Positions 53,944 through 62,548 of a stretch of 64,000 nt of DNA are shown piece by piece. Numbering within the stretch: position 1 is the stretch's first letter; the number at the start of each line of letters is the position of its first letter. The position numbers and the translations under genes are program-made. The notes under the pieces are model-generated. The model worked only from the letters and a program-made list of their open reading frames with translations. It was not told the DNA's origin and did no database searches. Source of the stretch: an uncultured Candidatus Binatia bacterium (GTDB taxonomy: Bacteria > Desulfobacterota > Binatia > UBA9968 > JAJDTQ01); NCBI GenBank assembly GCA_965242525.1, contig OZ251459.1, positions 4,000,001-4,064,000 of the forward strand. Direction: 5' to 3'.

Positions 53944-55316
53944 GACGAAAGGTTCCCTGGCTGAAGAAGCTCGGCTGCCTTGCGTATGACTTCCATGGCT
54001 TTTTGGTCTTCAGGCGATTCTGCGGTGGGTAGTTCAAGAGCCCGCCGGTCCAAATCGGCGAGTTCCTCGCGTTCGGCCTTCGAGAGCCTCTGTTTCTGGC
54101 GCAAGGCAACACGGCGCTTCTGTTGCTCCACGGTCTCAGGCGGTCGCGCTGATTCGAAGCCGAAGAGATCGCTTGTGAGAACCTGGTCCAGACGCCAGCT
54201 TCTGATGACGGCAGGATCGTTTTCGATTGTCACATGGTCCTTCCGCCATCGGACGACGGCCAAGTTTTGGCTCAGTGAGCTCTGCGCCATGAGCGGGCTG
54301 TGCGCAGTGGCGATGAACTGAACGTTGGGAAAATGGCCGGTAAGATGCTCACGAATCTCCCGCTGCCAGCGCGGATGGAGATGGAGGTCGATTTCGTCAA
54401 CGATCACGATGGCCGGTTCCTTGAAGGGGTCGGAACTTTCCGGGTATTGCTCGATGAGCCTCCAGGCGATGTCCATCGTCAAGGCAAACATCGTCTGGTA
54501 GCCAAGGCTCAACTGATCGAGAGGCACTTCTCCCGAAGGGGTCCTCACGTGAACTCCGGTTCGATCAGAGATGTAAGCCGTACTCCTCGGGCCAAGTATC
54601 CTGACGTCTCGGGGATCCTGGATGTCCGGGAGGATCTCGGCAAGCATAAACGTGAGGCTGTCGAGAAGTTTCCTGGCGCGCTGGCGTTCTTCAGGGGTGT
54701 GACCTTTTGTCAACGAAGCATATTCCAGATCGCACAGGTTCTTTTCGGCATCATAGAGTTCGGACTCGACCCTGAATAATGACTGAACCGGGTCTATTTC
54801 AGGCGGTCGGTGACGCTCGGTCTTTGGGTGGCGTCCCGCGCCGTAGGCCAGGATAAAAGGTGGTTCCTCGTGGTACCTGGGGGCATCTCCACCGGGATCA
54901 ACATCCGTGATGTCGCCGTCCTTGCGTTTGATGGCAAGGGTTGTCGAAATGGTTCTGGGTTTACTGGTTCCGGGTTTACGCCGTTTTGGCCCCGCCAATG
55001 GCAATCCAACCGAAAGAGACGCCTTCAGTTGCACCTCCGCATCGATGCCGGATCGCGCCAACGCGCTCAGCACACGGTTTTCCTCTCTCACCAATTCGGG
55101 TTGGATATTGTCCTCGTCAGGGTTGAACTCCGGGCGCATGTACGCCAAGCATTGGAGTAGCGTGGTCTTGCCGGCGCCGTTGTCGCCTATGACGAGGGTC
55201 CACTGAGCGGGCCGGCCGTCGTCGTCGGTGAGGTCCAACTCCTGCCGTTCGCCGAAGCAGCGGACGTTTTCGAGCGACAGTTTCCGAAAGTAAATCGGGT
55301 TGGCTTTTCTGGACAT
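53940..55316 (-). CDS. ABC/AAA_21 ATPase (Septu PtuA-like)
   Basis: LENVRCF, GDNGAGKTT, AYGAGR, QLSLGYQ, IVIVDEIDLHLHPRWQR, QFIATAHSP; 4-nt overlap with the HNH gene. Confidence 0.87.
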   Translation of the reverse strand: MSRKANPIYFRKLSLENVRCFGERQELDLTDDDGRPAQWTLVIGDNGAGKTTLLQCLAYMRPEFNPDEDNIQPELVREENRVLSALARSGIDAEVQLKASLSVGLPLAGPKRRKPGTSKPRTISTTLAIKRKDGDITDVDPGGDAPRYHEEPPFILAYGAGRHPKTERHRPPEIDPVQSLFRVESELYDAEKNLCDLEYASLTKGHTPEERQRARKLLDSLTFMLAEILPDIQDPRDVRILGPRSTAYISDRTGVHVRTPSGEVPLDQLSLGYQTMFALTMDIAWRLIEQYPESSDPFKEPAIVIVDEIDLHLHPRWQREIREHLTGHFPNVQFIATAHSPLMAQSSLSQNLAVVRWRKDHVTIENDPAVIRSWRLDQVLTSDLFGFESARPPETVEQQKRRVALRQKQRLSKAEREELADLDRRALELPTAESPEDQKAMEVIRKAAELLQPGNLSS

Positions 55317-55394
55317 GGGCCACCGAAGTCAAGCATGCCGTCGATCACCATCAGGCGCCCGCGCGCTTTGCGGCGCCGCTCGCGCCAGCGGGAC

Positions 55395-58193
55395 CTACTC
55401 CTCCCTCGGCGGGAACTCGAACGTGACCTTGCCGGCGTCGTCGAGGACGAGCCAGGCGGCGAAAGTGCGGCCGGATCGGGAGGAGACGAAGCCCTCCAGC
55501 AGGTCGGTCTTGCCCTCGGACAGGAGCTTGGCCATCTGGGCTCGGTCCACGGGCTGCTCCAGGATCACCGTCCCGGACTTGAACTTGCAGGGCTTGGTCT
55601 CCGCCTGGGACTTCTCGCACAGGTACCGGGAGTCCCACTCGAAGACCCGGCTCCGGCAGCGGGGGCACGGGCCCAGGGGCTCCTGCCCGGTGAAGTCCGC
55701 CTTGGGCGCGGGTTTGTCCCGTTTGGCCGCGGTCTTCCTGGCGGGGCGCGGCTCGAACTCGAACCCTACCTTGCCCTGCTGCAACGCGAGGAACGCCTTG
55801 AACGAGCGGCCGGTCCTGGACGAGACGAACTGGGGCAGCAGGTCGGTCTTGCCGTCGGCCAGCAGCTTGGCCATCTGCTCCCGCTCCACCGGTTGCCGGA
55901 GGATGATCTTGCCGGACGAGAACTCGCAGGTCCGCTGTTCGCCCACGGCGTTCTCGCACACGTAGCGCATGGGCAGCTCGAAGACGCGCCCGGCGCACCG
56001 GGGGCACGGCCCCAGGGGCTCCTGGCCGGTGAAGTCTTCGTTCTGTTCTGCCTGGCCGTCCCCGTTGCGCGGTTCGTTGCCGAAGTCGAAGGCGATCCTG
56101 TGATCGGGGGACAGTTGCAACACCGCGTCGAACGGCCGGCCCTGGCGGCTGCGGAACCCCTGGAGCGGCCCGACTTGGCGATGCTCCACGAGCGCCGCGG
56201 CCTCGTCGGCGCTCAGCAGCCGTCCGGCCAGGATCTTGGGCAAGGTGAAGTCGCAGTTCGCGCACTGGAAGTTGCGGTACTTTTCGTGCACCTCGCCGGC
56301 GCACTTGGGACACGGCGCCGAGAGCGAGCCGAAGTCCCCCGGGATGGTGTCGTGCTCGTACTGCCGCGCCCGGTCCACGATCTGGCGGGTCATCTCGGCG
56401 ATCTCGCCCATGAACTCGTCGCGGCTCTTCTTCCCGCCCTGCATCTGGAAGAGCTGGTACTCCCAGTTGCCGGTGAGCTCGGGCCGGGTGAGCTCCCGCA
56501 CGCCGAGGCCGTTGAGCAGCTCCATGAGCATGAACGCCTTGGGGGTGGCGTGCAGGTCCTTGCCCTCCCGGATGAGGTAGTCCTCGTCGAGGAGCCCCTC
56601 GATGATGGACGCACGGGTGGCGGACGTGCCGAGCCCCTTGCCCGCCATGGCCGTGCGCAGGTCCTCGTCGGTCACCAGCTTGCCGGCCCCTTCCATGGCG
56701 CCCAGCAGCGTGGCCTCGGTGAAGCGCGCCGGCGGCCGGGTCCGGCTCTGCTTGACCTCGACCTCGCCGGCCTCGACCTCCTCGCCCGCCCGGACCGGCG
56801 CCAGGCTGGCCTCGTCCGAGGACTTGGAGGCGTCCCTGCCGTGGACTTCCATCCAACCGGCCTTGACCATGACCTTGCCCGCGGTCTTGAACGGCTCCCC
56901 TTCCACCCGCGTGATCCGGGTGGTCTCCAGGAACTCGGCCGCGGGGTAGAAGACGGCCAGGAAGCGCCGGGCCACCAAGTCGTAGATCTTCTGCTCGGTC
57001 TCGTTGAGGCGCCTGGGCGCTTCGGTGGTGGGGATGATGGCGAAGTGGTCCGACACCTTGGCGTCGTTGAAGACCCGTTTGTCGGGCTTGACCCATCCCT
57101 GGCTCAGGATGGCCCCGGCGAACGGCGCGTAGCTCGTGTTCCCGAGCATCCGGAGCGAGTCCTTGACCGTGGCCACGTAGTCTTCCGGCAAGGCCCGGGA
57201 GTCGGTGCGCGGGTAGGTGAGGACCTTGTGGCGCTCGTACAACGCCTGGGCGATCTGCACGGTGCGGTTGGCGCTCAGGCCGAAACGGGCGTTGGCTTCG
57301 CGCTGGAGGCTCGTGAGGTCGAACAGGGGCGGCGGCGCCTGCCGGACGGGCTTGCTCTCCTCGCTCACGCTGCCCGGCTTGCCCAAGCACTTCTCCCGGA
57401 CGGCCTCGGCGGCGGCCTGCTCCCAGAACCGCTCGGCCCGGGCGTCGGGCTGGTCGTCCCGCTTCCGGAACCCCTCGTCGAACCAGCGCCCCTGGTACGC
57501 GCCCCCTTCGGACCGGAAGGTGGCGACCACCTCCCAGTAGTCCACGGGCCGGAAGTCCCGGATGGCGGCCTCGCGCTCCGCCACGATGGCCAGGGTCGGG
57601 GTCTGCACCCGCCCCACGGTGGTCTTGTAGAAGCCCCCCGGCTTGGAGTTGAACGCGGTCATGGCCCGGGTGCCGTTGATCCCCACCAGCCAGTCGGCCT
57701 CGGAGCGGCTCAGGGCGGCGTCGGCCAGGGGCAGCATCTCCTCGTCCTCGCGGAGCTTCACGAAGCCGTTGCGGATGGCGTCGGGGGTCATGGACTGGAG
57801 CCAGAGCCGCTTGATGGGTTTCCTGGCCTTGGCGTGGCGGACGATGTTGCGGAAGATCAGCTCGCCTTCCCGTCCGGCGTCACAGGCGTTGACCAGGTCG
57901 TCCACGTCCCTGCGCTTGATGAGCTTGACCAGCAGCTTGAGCCGGGAGGCGGACTTCTGGATGGGCTTCAGGTCGAAGTAGGGCGGGATCACCGGCAGGT
58001 TGGCGAAGCTCCACTTGCCCCGCTGGGCCTCGGCCCCTTCCGGCGGGACCTGCTCCAGCAGGTGGCCCACCGCGGACGACAACACGTAGTCGTCGCTCTC
58101 GTAGTAGTCCTGGCGCCGCTGGAAGCCGCCCAGGGCCCGGGCCACGTCCGCGGCCACCGATGGCTTCTCCGCGATGATGAGTGATTTGCCCAT
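55395..58193 (-). CDS. topB: DNA topoisomerase III with C-terminal repeats
   Basis: IIAEKPSVA, NACDAGREGELIF, GINGTRA, VGRVQTPTL, LTYPRTDS, DHFAIIPT; duplicated C-terminal DFTGQEPLGPCPRC...GKTDLL module. Confidence 0.93.
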   Translation of the reverse strand: MGKSLIIAEKPSVAADVARALGGFQRRQDYYESDDYVLSSAVGHLLEQVPPEGAEAQRGKWSFANLPVIPPYFDLKPIQKSASRLKLLVKLIKRRDVDDLVNACDAGREGELIFRNIVRHAKARKPIKRLWLQSMTPDAIRNGFVKLREDEEMLPLADAALSRSEADWLVGINGTRAMTAFNSKPGGFYKTTVGRVQTPTLAIVAEREAAIRDFRPVDYWEVVATFRSEGGAYQGRWFDEGFRKRDDQPDARAERFWEQAAAEAVREKCLGKPGSVSEESKPVRQAPPPLFDLTSLQREANARFGLSANRTVQIAQALYERHKVLTYPRTDSRALPEDYVATVKDSLRMLGNTSYAPFAGAILSQGWVKPDKRVFNDAKVSDHFAIIPTTEAPRRLNETEQKIYDLVARRFLAVFYPAAEFLETTRITRVEGEPFKTAGKVMVKAGWMEVHGRDASKSSDEASLAPVRAGEEVEAGEVEVKQSRTRPPARFTEATLLGAMEGAGKLVTDEDLRTAMAGKGLGTSATRASIIEGLLDEDYLIREGKDLHATPKAFMLMELLNGLGVRELTRPELTGNWEYQLFQMQGGKKSRDEFMGEIAEMTRQIVDRARQYEHDTIPGDFGSLSAPCPKCAGEVHEKYRNFQCANCDFTLPKILAGRLLSADEAAALVEHRQVGPLQGFRSRQGRPFDAVLQLSPDHRIAFDFGNEPRNGDGQAEQNEDFTGQEPLGPCPRCAGRVFELPMRYVCENAVGEQRTCEFSSGKIILRQPVEREQMAKLLADGKTDLLPQFVSSRTGRSFKAFLALQQGKVGFEFEPRPARKTAAKRDKPAPKADFTGQEPLGPCPRCRSRVFEWDSRYLCEKSQAETKPCKFKSGTVILEQPVDRAQMAKLLSEGKTDLLEGFVSSRSGRTFAAWLVLDDAGKVTFEFPPREE

Positions 58194-58386
58194 GTCCTCG
58201 ACCCCCGCCCGGAGAAGCGCGCGCCGCGGCGCGCCCTCCGTCCCTCATGCACAGTGCATATGTATGATCGAGGCATACCTGTCAAGGCGCGGGGGCGAGC
58301 CGTTCGCGGTAGGGGGCGGATGGGTGTAAGAAGGGGGCGCGGGGAACGGAGGCCCGTTGCCCGGCGCTCCAGGGAGGACCGAGCCC

Positions 58387-59214
58387 ATGCCCCACGTCAA
58401 GTGCCCCACCGGCGTCGAACTCTATTACGAGACCCACGGACAGGGGGAGCCCCTGGTCTTCGTGCCGTCCACCGCCTACTCCGGCGAGGTCTGGAAGCCG
58501 TCGCAGATGCCGCTGGCGGAGTCCCTGAACCTGGTCTTCCACGACCCGCGGGGGTGCGGGCGCTCGGTGGCGCAGCAGGGCGTCTATACCATCGAGCTCA
58601 TGGCCATGGACATCGTGGCGCTCATGGACCATCTCGGTTGTCCGTCCGCCCACTTCATCGGCCACTCCATGGGGGGCCGCATCGCGTTGTCCCTGGCCCA
58701 GAACTTCCCCGGACGGGTCAAGAGCCTGATCATGGCGGCCGCGGGCTCGGGGACCGCGGGCCGGGCCGGACCGGACTGCGTGCCCGGCCTGCCGCACCAG
58801 CTCGTGTACGAGCTGGTGGAGATGGGGTTCGAGAAGTTCGTCCGGGACGAGATCGTGGAGTCCGACACCTTCTTCACCGCGGACTACCGGGCCGCCCACC
58901 GCGCCGAGGTCGAAGCGTTCTACAGGCTCGCCTGGGAGACCCACGCCAGGCTGCCGGAGTTCATCCACCTGGTCATGGCGCGGCACAGCTTCGAGGGCAC
59001 CCATCGGCTGGGCGACGTCCGGGCGCCCACCATGGTCCTCATCGGCGACGGCGACACGGTGGGGAGCAACCACGTGGCCCAGGCGCAGGTGCTGGCCGAC
59101 CGCATCCCGGGCGCGGAGTTGAAGGTCCTGGAGGGGCAGACCCACGGGTTCTTCTGGCAGGACCCGGAAGGGACCAACGACGTGATCCTGTCCTGGGTCC
59201 GGCGCCACAGTTGA
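58387..59214 (+). CDS. alpha/beta hydrolase
   Basis: LYYETHGQG, DPRGCGRS, IGHSMGG, GQTHGFF. Confidence 0.92.
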   Translation: MPHVKCPTGVELYYETHGQGEPLVFVPSTAYSGEVWKPSQMPLAESLNLVFHDPRGCGRSVAQQGVYTIELMAMDIVALMDHLGCPSAHFIGHSMGGRIALSLAQNFPGRVKSLIMAAAGSGTAGRAGPDCVPGLPHQLVYELVEMGFEKFVRDEIVESDTFFTADYRAAHRAEVEAFYRLAWETHARLPEFIHLVMARHSFEGTHRLGDVRAPTMVLIGDGDTVGSNHVAQAQVLADRIPGAELKVLEGQTHGFFWQDPEGTNDVILSWVRRHS

Positions 59215-59252
59215 CGTCTTCGGTGACGGGGAAAGCCCGGCGCCGTCCTTCC

Positions 59253-60458
59253 ATGCCCCCCGGTCCGGCCGGCAGCCCGAGTTTCTGGACGCCCACGTTC
59301 CTCCTGTTGTGCGCGGCGCAGTTCCTGGCCTACGGCCATCACGCGCTGCTGACCCCGACCCTGCCCCTCTACCTGGACCACCTGGGCGGCTCGCCGTTCC
59401 TGGTGGGCCTGCTGCTGGCCTCGTTCAGCGCCACCAGCGTGGCCATCCGTCCCCTGGTGGGCGCCTGGGTGGACTCCTGGGGCGAGACCCGGGTGCTCAG
59501 CCTGAGCTGCGCCGGCCTGTGCCTGGCGGTGCTGGTCTTCGTGGTCCCCCAGGTGGAAGGGGCCTTTGCCGCCAACGTCCTGCGCGGCTTCTCCTGGGCC
59601 GGCATCAACACCAGCGGCTACGCCTTCCTCGCCGCGGTGGTGCCCGACCACCGCCGCGGCGAAGCCAGCGGCTACTACTCCGGCATCCAGAGCAGCTCGT
59701 CGGTGTTCTTCCCGTCCGCGGCCCTGTGGATCATCGGCCATCCGGCCGGCGGCTACGCCGCGGTGTTCGTGCTGTCGAGCGCGGTGGCCCTCCTGGCCGC
59801 GGGACTGGCCCACGCCTGCGGTCGGGGCGCGCCCCGACCGGCGCCGCGAACGGACCCGGGCGGCCTGCCGGACCCGCCTCGGGCCAGGACCTACTTCGAC
59901 CGGGGCATCCTCTTCAGCGCGGCGCTGCTCTTCTGCATGAACCTGCCCTGGTCGGGTCTCACCTCCTTCATCGTACTCTACGCCCGCGAGGTCGGCATCG
60001 AGAGCCTGGGTTGGTACTTCGTGGCCATCGGACTCGCCAGCCTCGTGGGCCGGCCCCTCCTCGGCCGCGTGTCGGACCGGGTGGGCCGGGGTCCCGCGGT
60101 GGCCGCTGCCTACGTCCTGGAGATGGCCGGCATCGGGCTGGTCCTGATAGCGGCCGACGTGGCCGTGATGATGGCGGCCGGCGCGCTGTACTTCCTGGGG
60201 TACGCGCTGGGAGTCTCCACCACCCTGGCCCTGGCCATGGAGCGGGCCGACCCCCAACGCCGGGGCGTGGCCATGGCCACGTTCTCCATGGCCTTCCCCC
60301 TGGGCTCGGGGCTGGGGGCGGCGCTGGCGGGAGGCGTCGTGGCCCTGGTGGGCTACCGGGGCATGTACCTGGTCATGGGGGCGGCCCTCGCGGTGGGGCT
60401 CGTGTTGGCCCTGGCCAACCGGTCGGGCTTGGCGGCGCCGTCGCCCCGGGATGGGTGA
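59253..60458 (+). CDS. MFS transporter
   Basis: About 12 hydrophobic segments, RPLVGAWVDSWG, RRGEASG, GRVSDRVGR. Confidence 0.88.
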   Translation: MPPGPAGSPSFWTPTFLLLCAAQFLAYGHHALLTPTLPLYLDHLGGSPFLVGLLLASFSATSVAIRPLVGAWVDSWGETRVLSLSCAGLCLAVLVFVVPQVEGAFAANVLRGFSWAGINTSGYAFLAAVVPDHRRGEASGYYSGIQSSSSVFFPSAALWIIGHPAGGYAAVFVLSSAVALLAAGLAHACGRGAPRPAPRTDPGGLPDPPRARTYFDRGILFSAALLFCMNLPWSGLTSFIVLYAREVGIESLGWYFVAIGLASLVGRPLLGRVSDRVGRGPAVAAAYVLEMAGIGLVLIAADVAVMMAAGALYFLGYALGVSTTLALAMERADPQRRGVAMATFSMAFPLGSGLGAALAGGVVALVGYRGMYLVMGAALAVGLVLALANRSGLAAPSPRDG

Positions 60459-60493
60459 AGCCGTCGGAGGACGGGCCGGAGCCGCTCCCGCGG

Positions 60494-62548
60494 TCACTCC
60501 AGCAGCGCCTTCCACAGCGCATCCGGCGTATCCGAATAGAACTGCACGTTGACCCGCGTGGCCATGTGGTCGGACAGGTCGAACAACTGCTTGCGCGCGG
60601 ACACCGGCAGCAGCACCGCCGCGGCCCCCTTCTCCACCGCGGCTTCCACGACGCCCACGGCGTTCGCCAGCGGCTCCACCGACCCGCCGAGGTTCAACGC
60701 CCCCGCCACGATCAGGCCGCCCCGGACGCTCTTCTCCAGCAGCCCGCTGCAAAGCGCCATCAATACCGGCAGGCCGAGGCCGGCCCCGCCGCGGTCGTTG
60801 TCCATGGCGCGGAGCTGCACGGAGAACTCGTGGGCGCGGGGGTCCCGGTCCCCCACCAGCTCCCTGGCCCTGGCGTAGAGGTTCTGCTCCGCGTACCGGG
60901 CGCTCTCGCGGAACGCCGGCGGGACCGGGGCGTTCAGGATCCGGACGCCGCCGCCCCGGCCCGCCGCGACCTCGATGCGGTAGAGGCCGGGTCCCGTATC
61001 CGGCCCGCCCGGACCGATCCCCCACACCTGCCCGGGCGGCAGCGGGTCCGGGTCGATGGCGTCGTCGCTGCGAAGCTCCGGCGTGGAGACGAACTTCTCG
61101 ACTCCGTCCTCGCCCATGGCGTAGCTGAAGTGGGTGTTGCGGAACTCGCTCTTGAACACCCGCTTCTGCTGCTCCTTGACCCGGCGGCGCATTTCGAGGG
61201 CGGCGCGCGCCAGCGCCTCCAGCTCGTCGTCCGGCACGGGCATGTCCGGGTCCGGGTAGAGCAGCTTGAGCAGCGCGCTCACCGTCTTGTTGACCGCGGT
61301 GAGGTCGCGCCCGCTGAGGGCGCCGCCGTAGTGCAGCCTGTCCTGCAGGGCCGGGGCGCGGCTGCCGGTGCGGAGCCGGCTCCAGCACTCGGACAGGAAA
61401 TCGCTGACCAGGCCGAAGTGGTCGGTGAAGTGCTCGTTCGGGTTGAGTTTCGGGAAGTCCCAGCCGGGCAGGTAGGCGTGGATGCGGTCCATGAACGCGG
61501 TGTCGTCGCGCAGGTCCGCGGAGAGCGGGCTCAGCAGGTGCCCGACGCGCTGTTGCTGCTCCACGTCCACGTCGAGGTTCCCCACCATGACCACGCCGCC
61601 CTCCGCCCGGATGCTCTCCTTGCCGCGGGAGAACTCGCCGGACTCCATGTAGCCCTTGAGGATGTTCACTCCGTCCTTCTGGTCGAAGGCGACCCCCGAG
61701 ATCTCGTCGAAGCACACCACGTCGTACTGGCAGACGAGCCCGCGCTGTCCGTTGGCGTTGTTGACGAACATCTTGGCCACCGTCGCCTTGCCGCCGGAGA
61801 CCAGGTGGGAGTAGGGGGAGACCTGCTGGAACAGGTGGCTCTTGCCCGTGCCCCGCGGCCCCAGCTCGACCAGGTTGTAGTTCCGCTCGACGAAGGGCGC
61901 CATGCGCAGGAGGGCGACCGTCTGCGCCCGTTCCGACAGGGCCGCGGGCTCCAGCCCGACGCTGCGCAACAGGACGCGCCTCCACTCTTCGGCGGTAAAG
62001 GCATGCCTCCCGCGTCGGAGCGTGTCCAGGACGTCGGCCCTGGAAAGCTGGATGGCCCGGAGGGCGTCGATGGCGAAGGGACGCCCGTTCTTCTCCTGGG
62101 CGATGGCGGCGTCGTAGCCGAGTGTGACCTCGGCGTAGAAGCCGCCCGTCAACATGCGCTCGTGCTGCCTGACCAGGCCGTCGTCGATGCGCACGTCCCG
62201 GAGCGAAAGGCTCGGAAGCTCCGCGATCAGGGAGTCCGTCCGGGCGTCCAGCCTCGCGTTCACCACGTCGATGAGCTTGATGGATCCCCTTTCCCGCGCC
62301 CTCGCCTTGAACAGTTCCTCCTCGCCCGTGCGCACCGTCCGGTCGGAAAGCTGCCGCTCGACGATGGCCAGCCCTTCCTCGATCTCCCGTTCGTCGGTGG
62401 TCGCGCAGTAGCGCCCGAGCAGGAACTCCACCACGTAGGTGGGCACCGGGTACTGCCGGCTGTACTTGCGGACCAGGTCCTTGCGGACCAGGTAGCCCTC
62501 GAACGCGGCGGCCGCCCGCCGGTCGAGGTCGTCGATCGCCAGTGTCAA
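60494..62548 (-). CDS. brxL: BREX system Lon-like protein BrxL
   Basis: LVRKDLV, VPTYVVEFLLGRYC, VELGPRGTGKSH, FDEISG, KGYMESGEFSRG, TAFMDRIH; C-terminal Lon_C-like domain. Confidence 0.88.
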   Translation of the reverse strand: MTLAIDDLDRRAAAAFEGYLVRKDLVRKYSRQYPVPTYVVEFLLGRYCATTDEREIEEGLAIVERQLSDRTVRTGEEELFKARARERGSIKLIDVVNARLDARTDSLIAELPSLSLRDVRIDDGLVRQHERMLTGGFYAEVTLGYDAAIAQEKNGRPFAIDALRAIQLSRADVLDTLRRGRHAFTAEEWRRVLLRSVGLEPAALSERAQTVALLRMAPFVERNYNLVELGPRGTGKSHLFQQVSPYSHLVSGGKATVAKMFVNNANGQRGLVCQYDVVCFDEISGVAFDQKDGVNILKGYMESGEFSRGKESIRAEGGVVMVGNLDVDVEQQQRVGHLLSPLSADLRDDTAFMDRIHAYLPGWDFPKLNPNEHFTDHFGLVSDFLSECWSRLRTGSRAPALQDRLHYGGALSGRDLTAVNKTVSALLKLLYPDPDMPVPDDELEALARAALEMRRRVKEQQKRVFKSEFRNTHFSYAMGEDGVEKFVSTPELRSDDAIDPDPLPPGQVWGIGPGGPDTGPGLYRIEVAAGRGGGVRILNAPVPPAFRESARYAEQNLYARARELVGDRDPRAHEFSVQLRAMDNDRGGAGLGLPVLMALCSGLLEKSVRGGLIVAGALNLGGSVEPLANAVGVVEAAVEKGAAAVLLPVSARKQLFDLSDHMATRVNVQFYSDTPDALWKALLE

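Noticed and set aside
53185-55316. Retron (Ec78-type) system
   Set aside because: No reverse transcriptase or msr-msd-like region is adjacent; only the ATPase/HNH pair is present.
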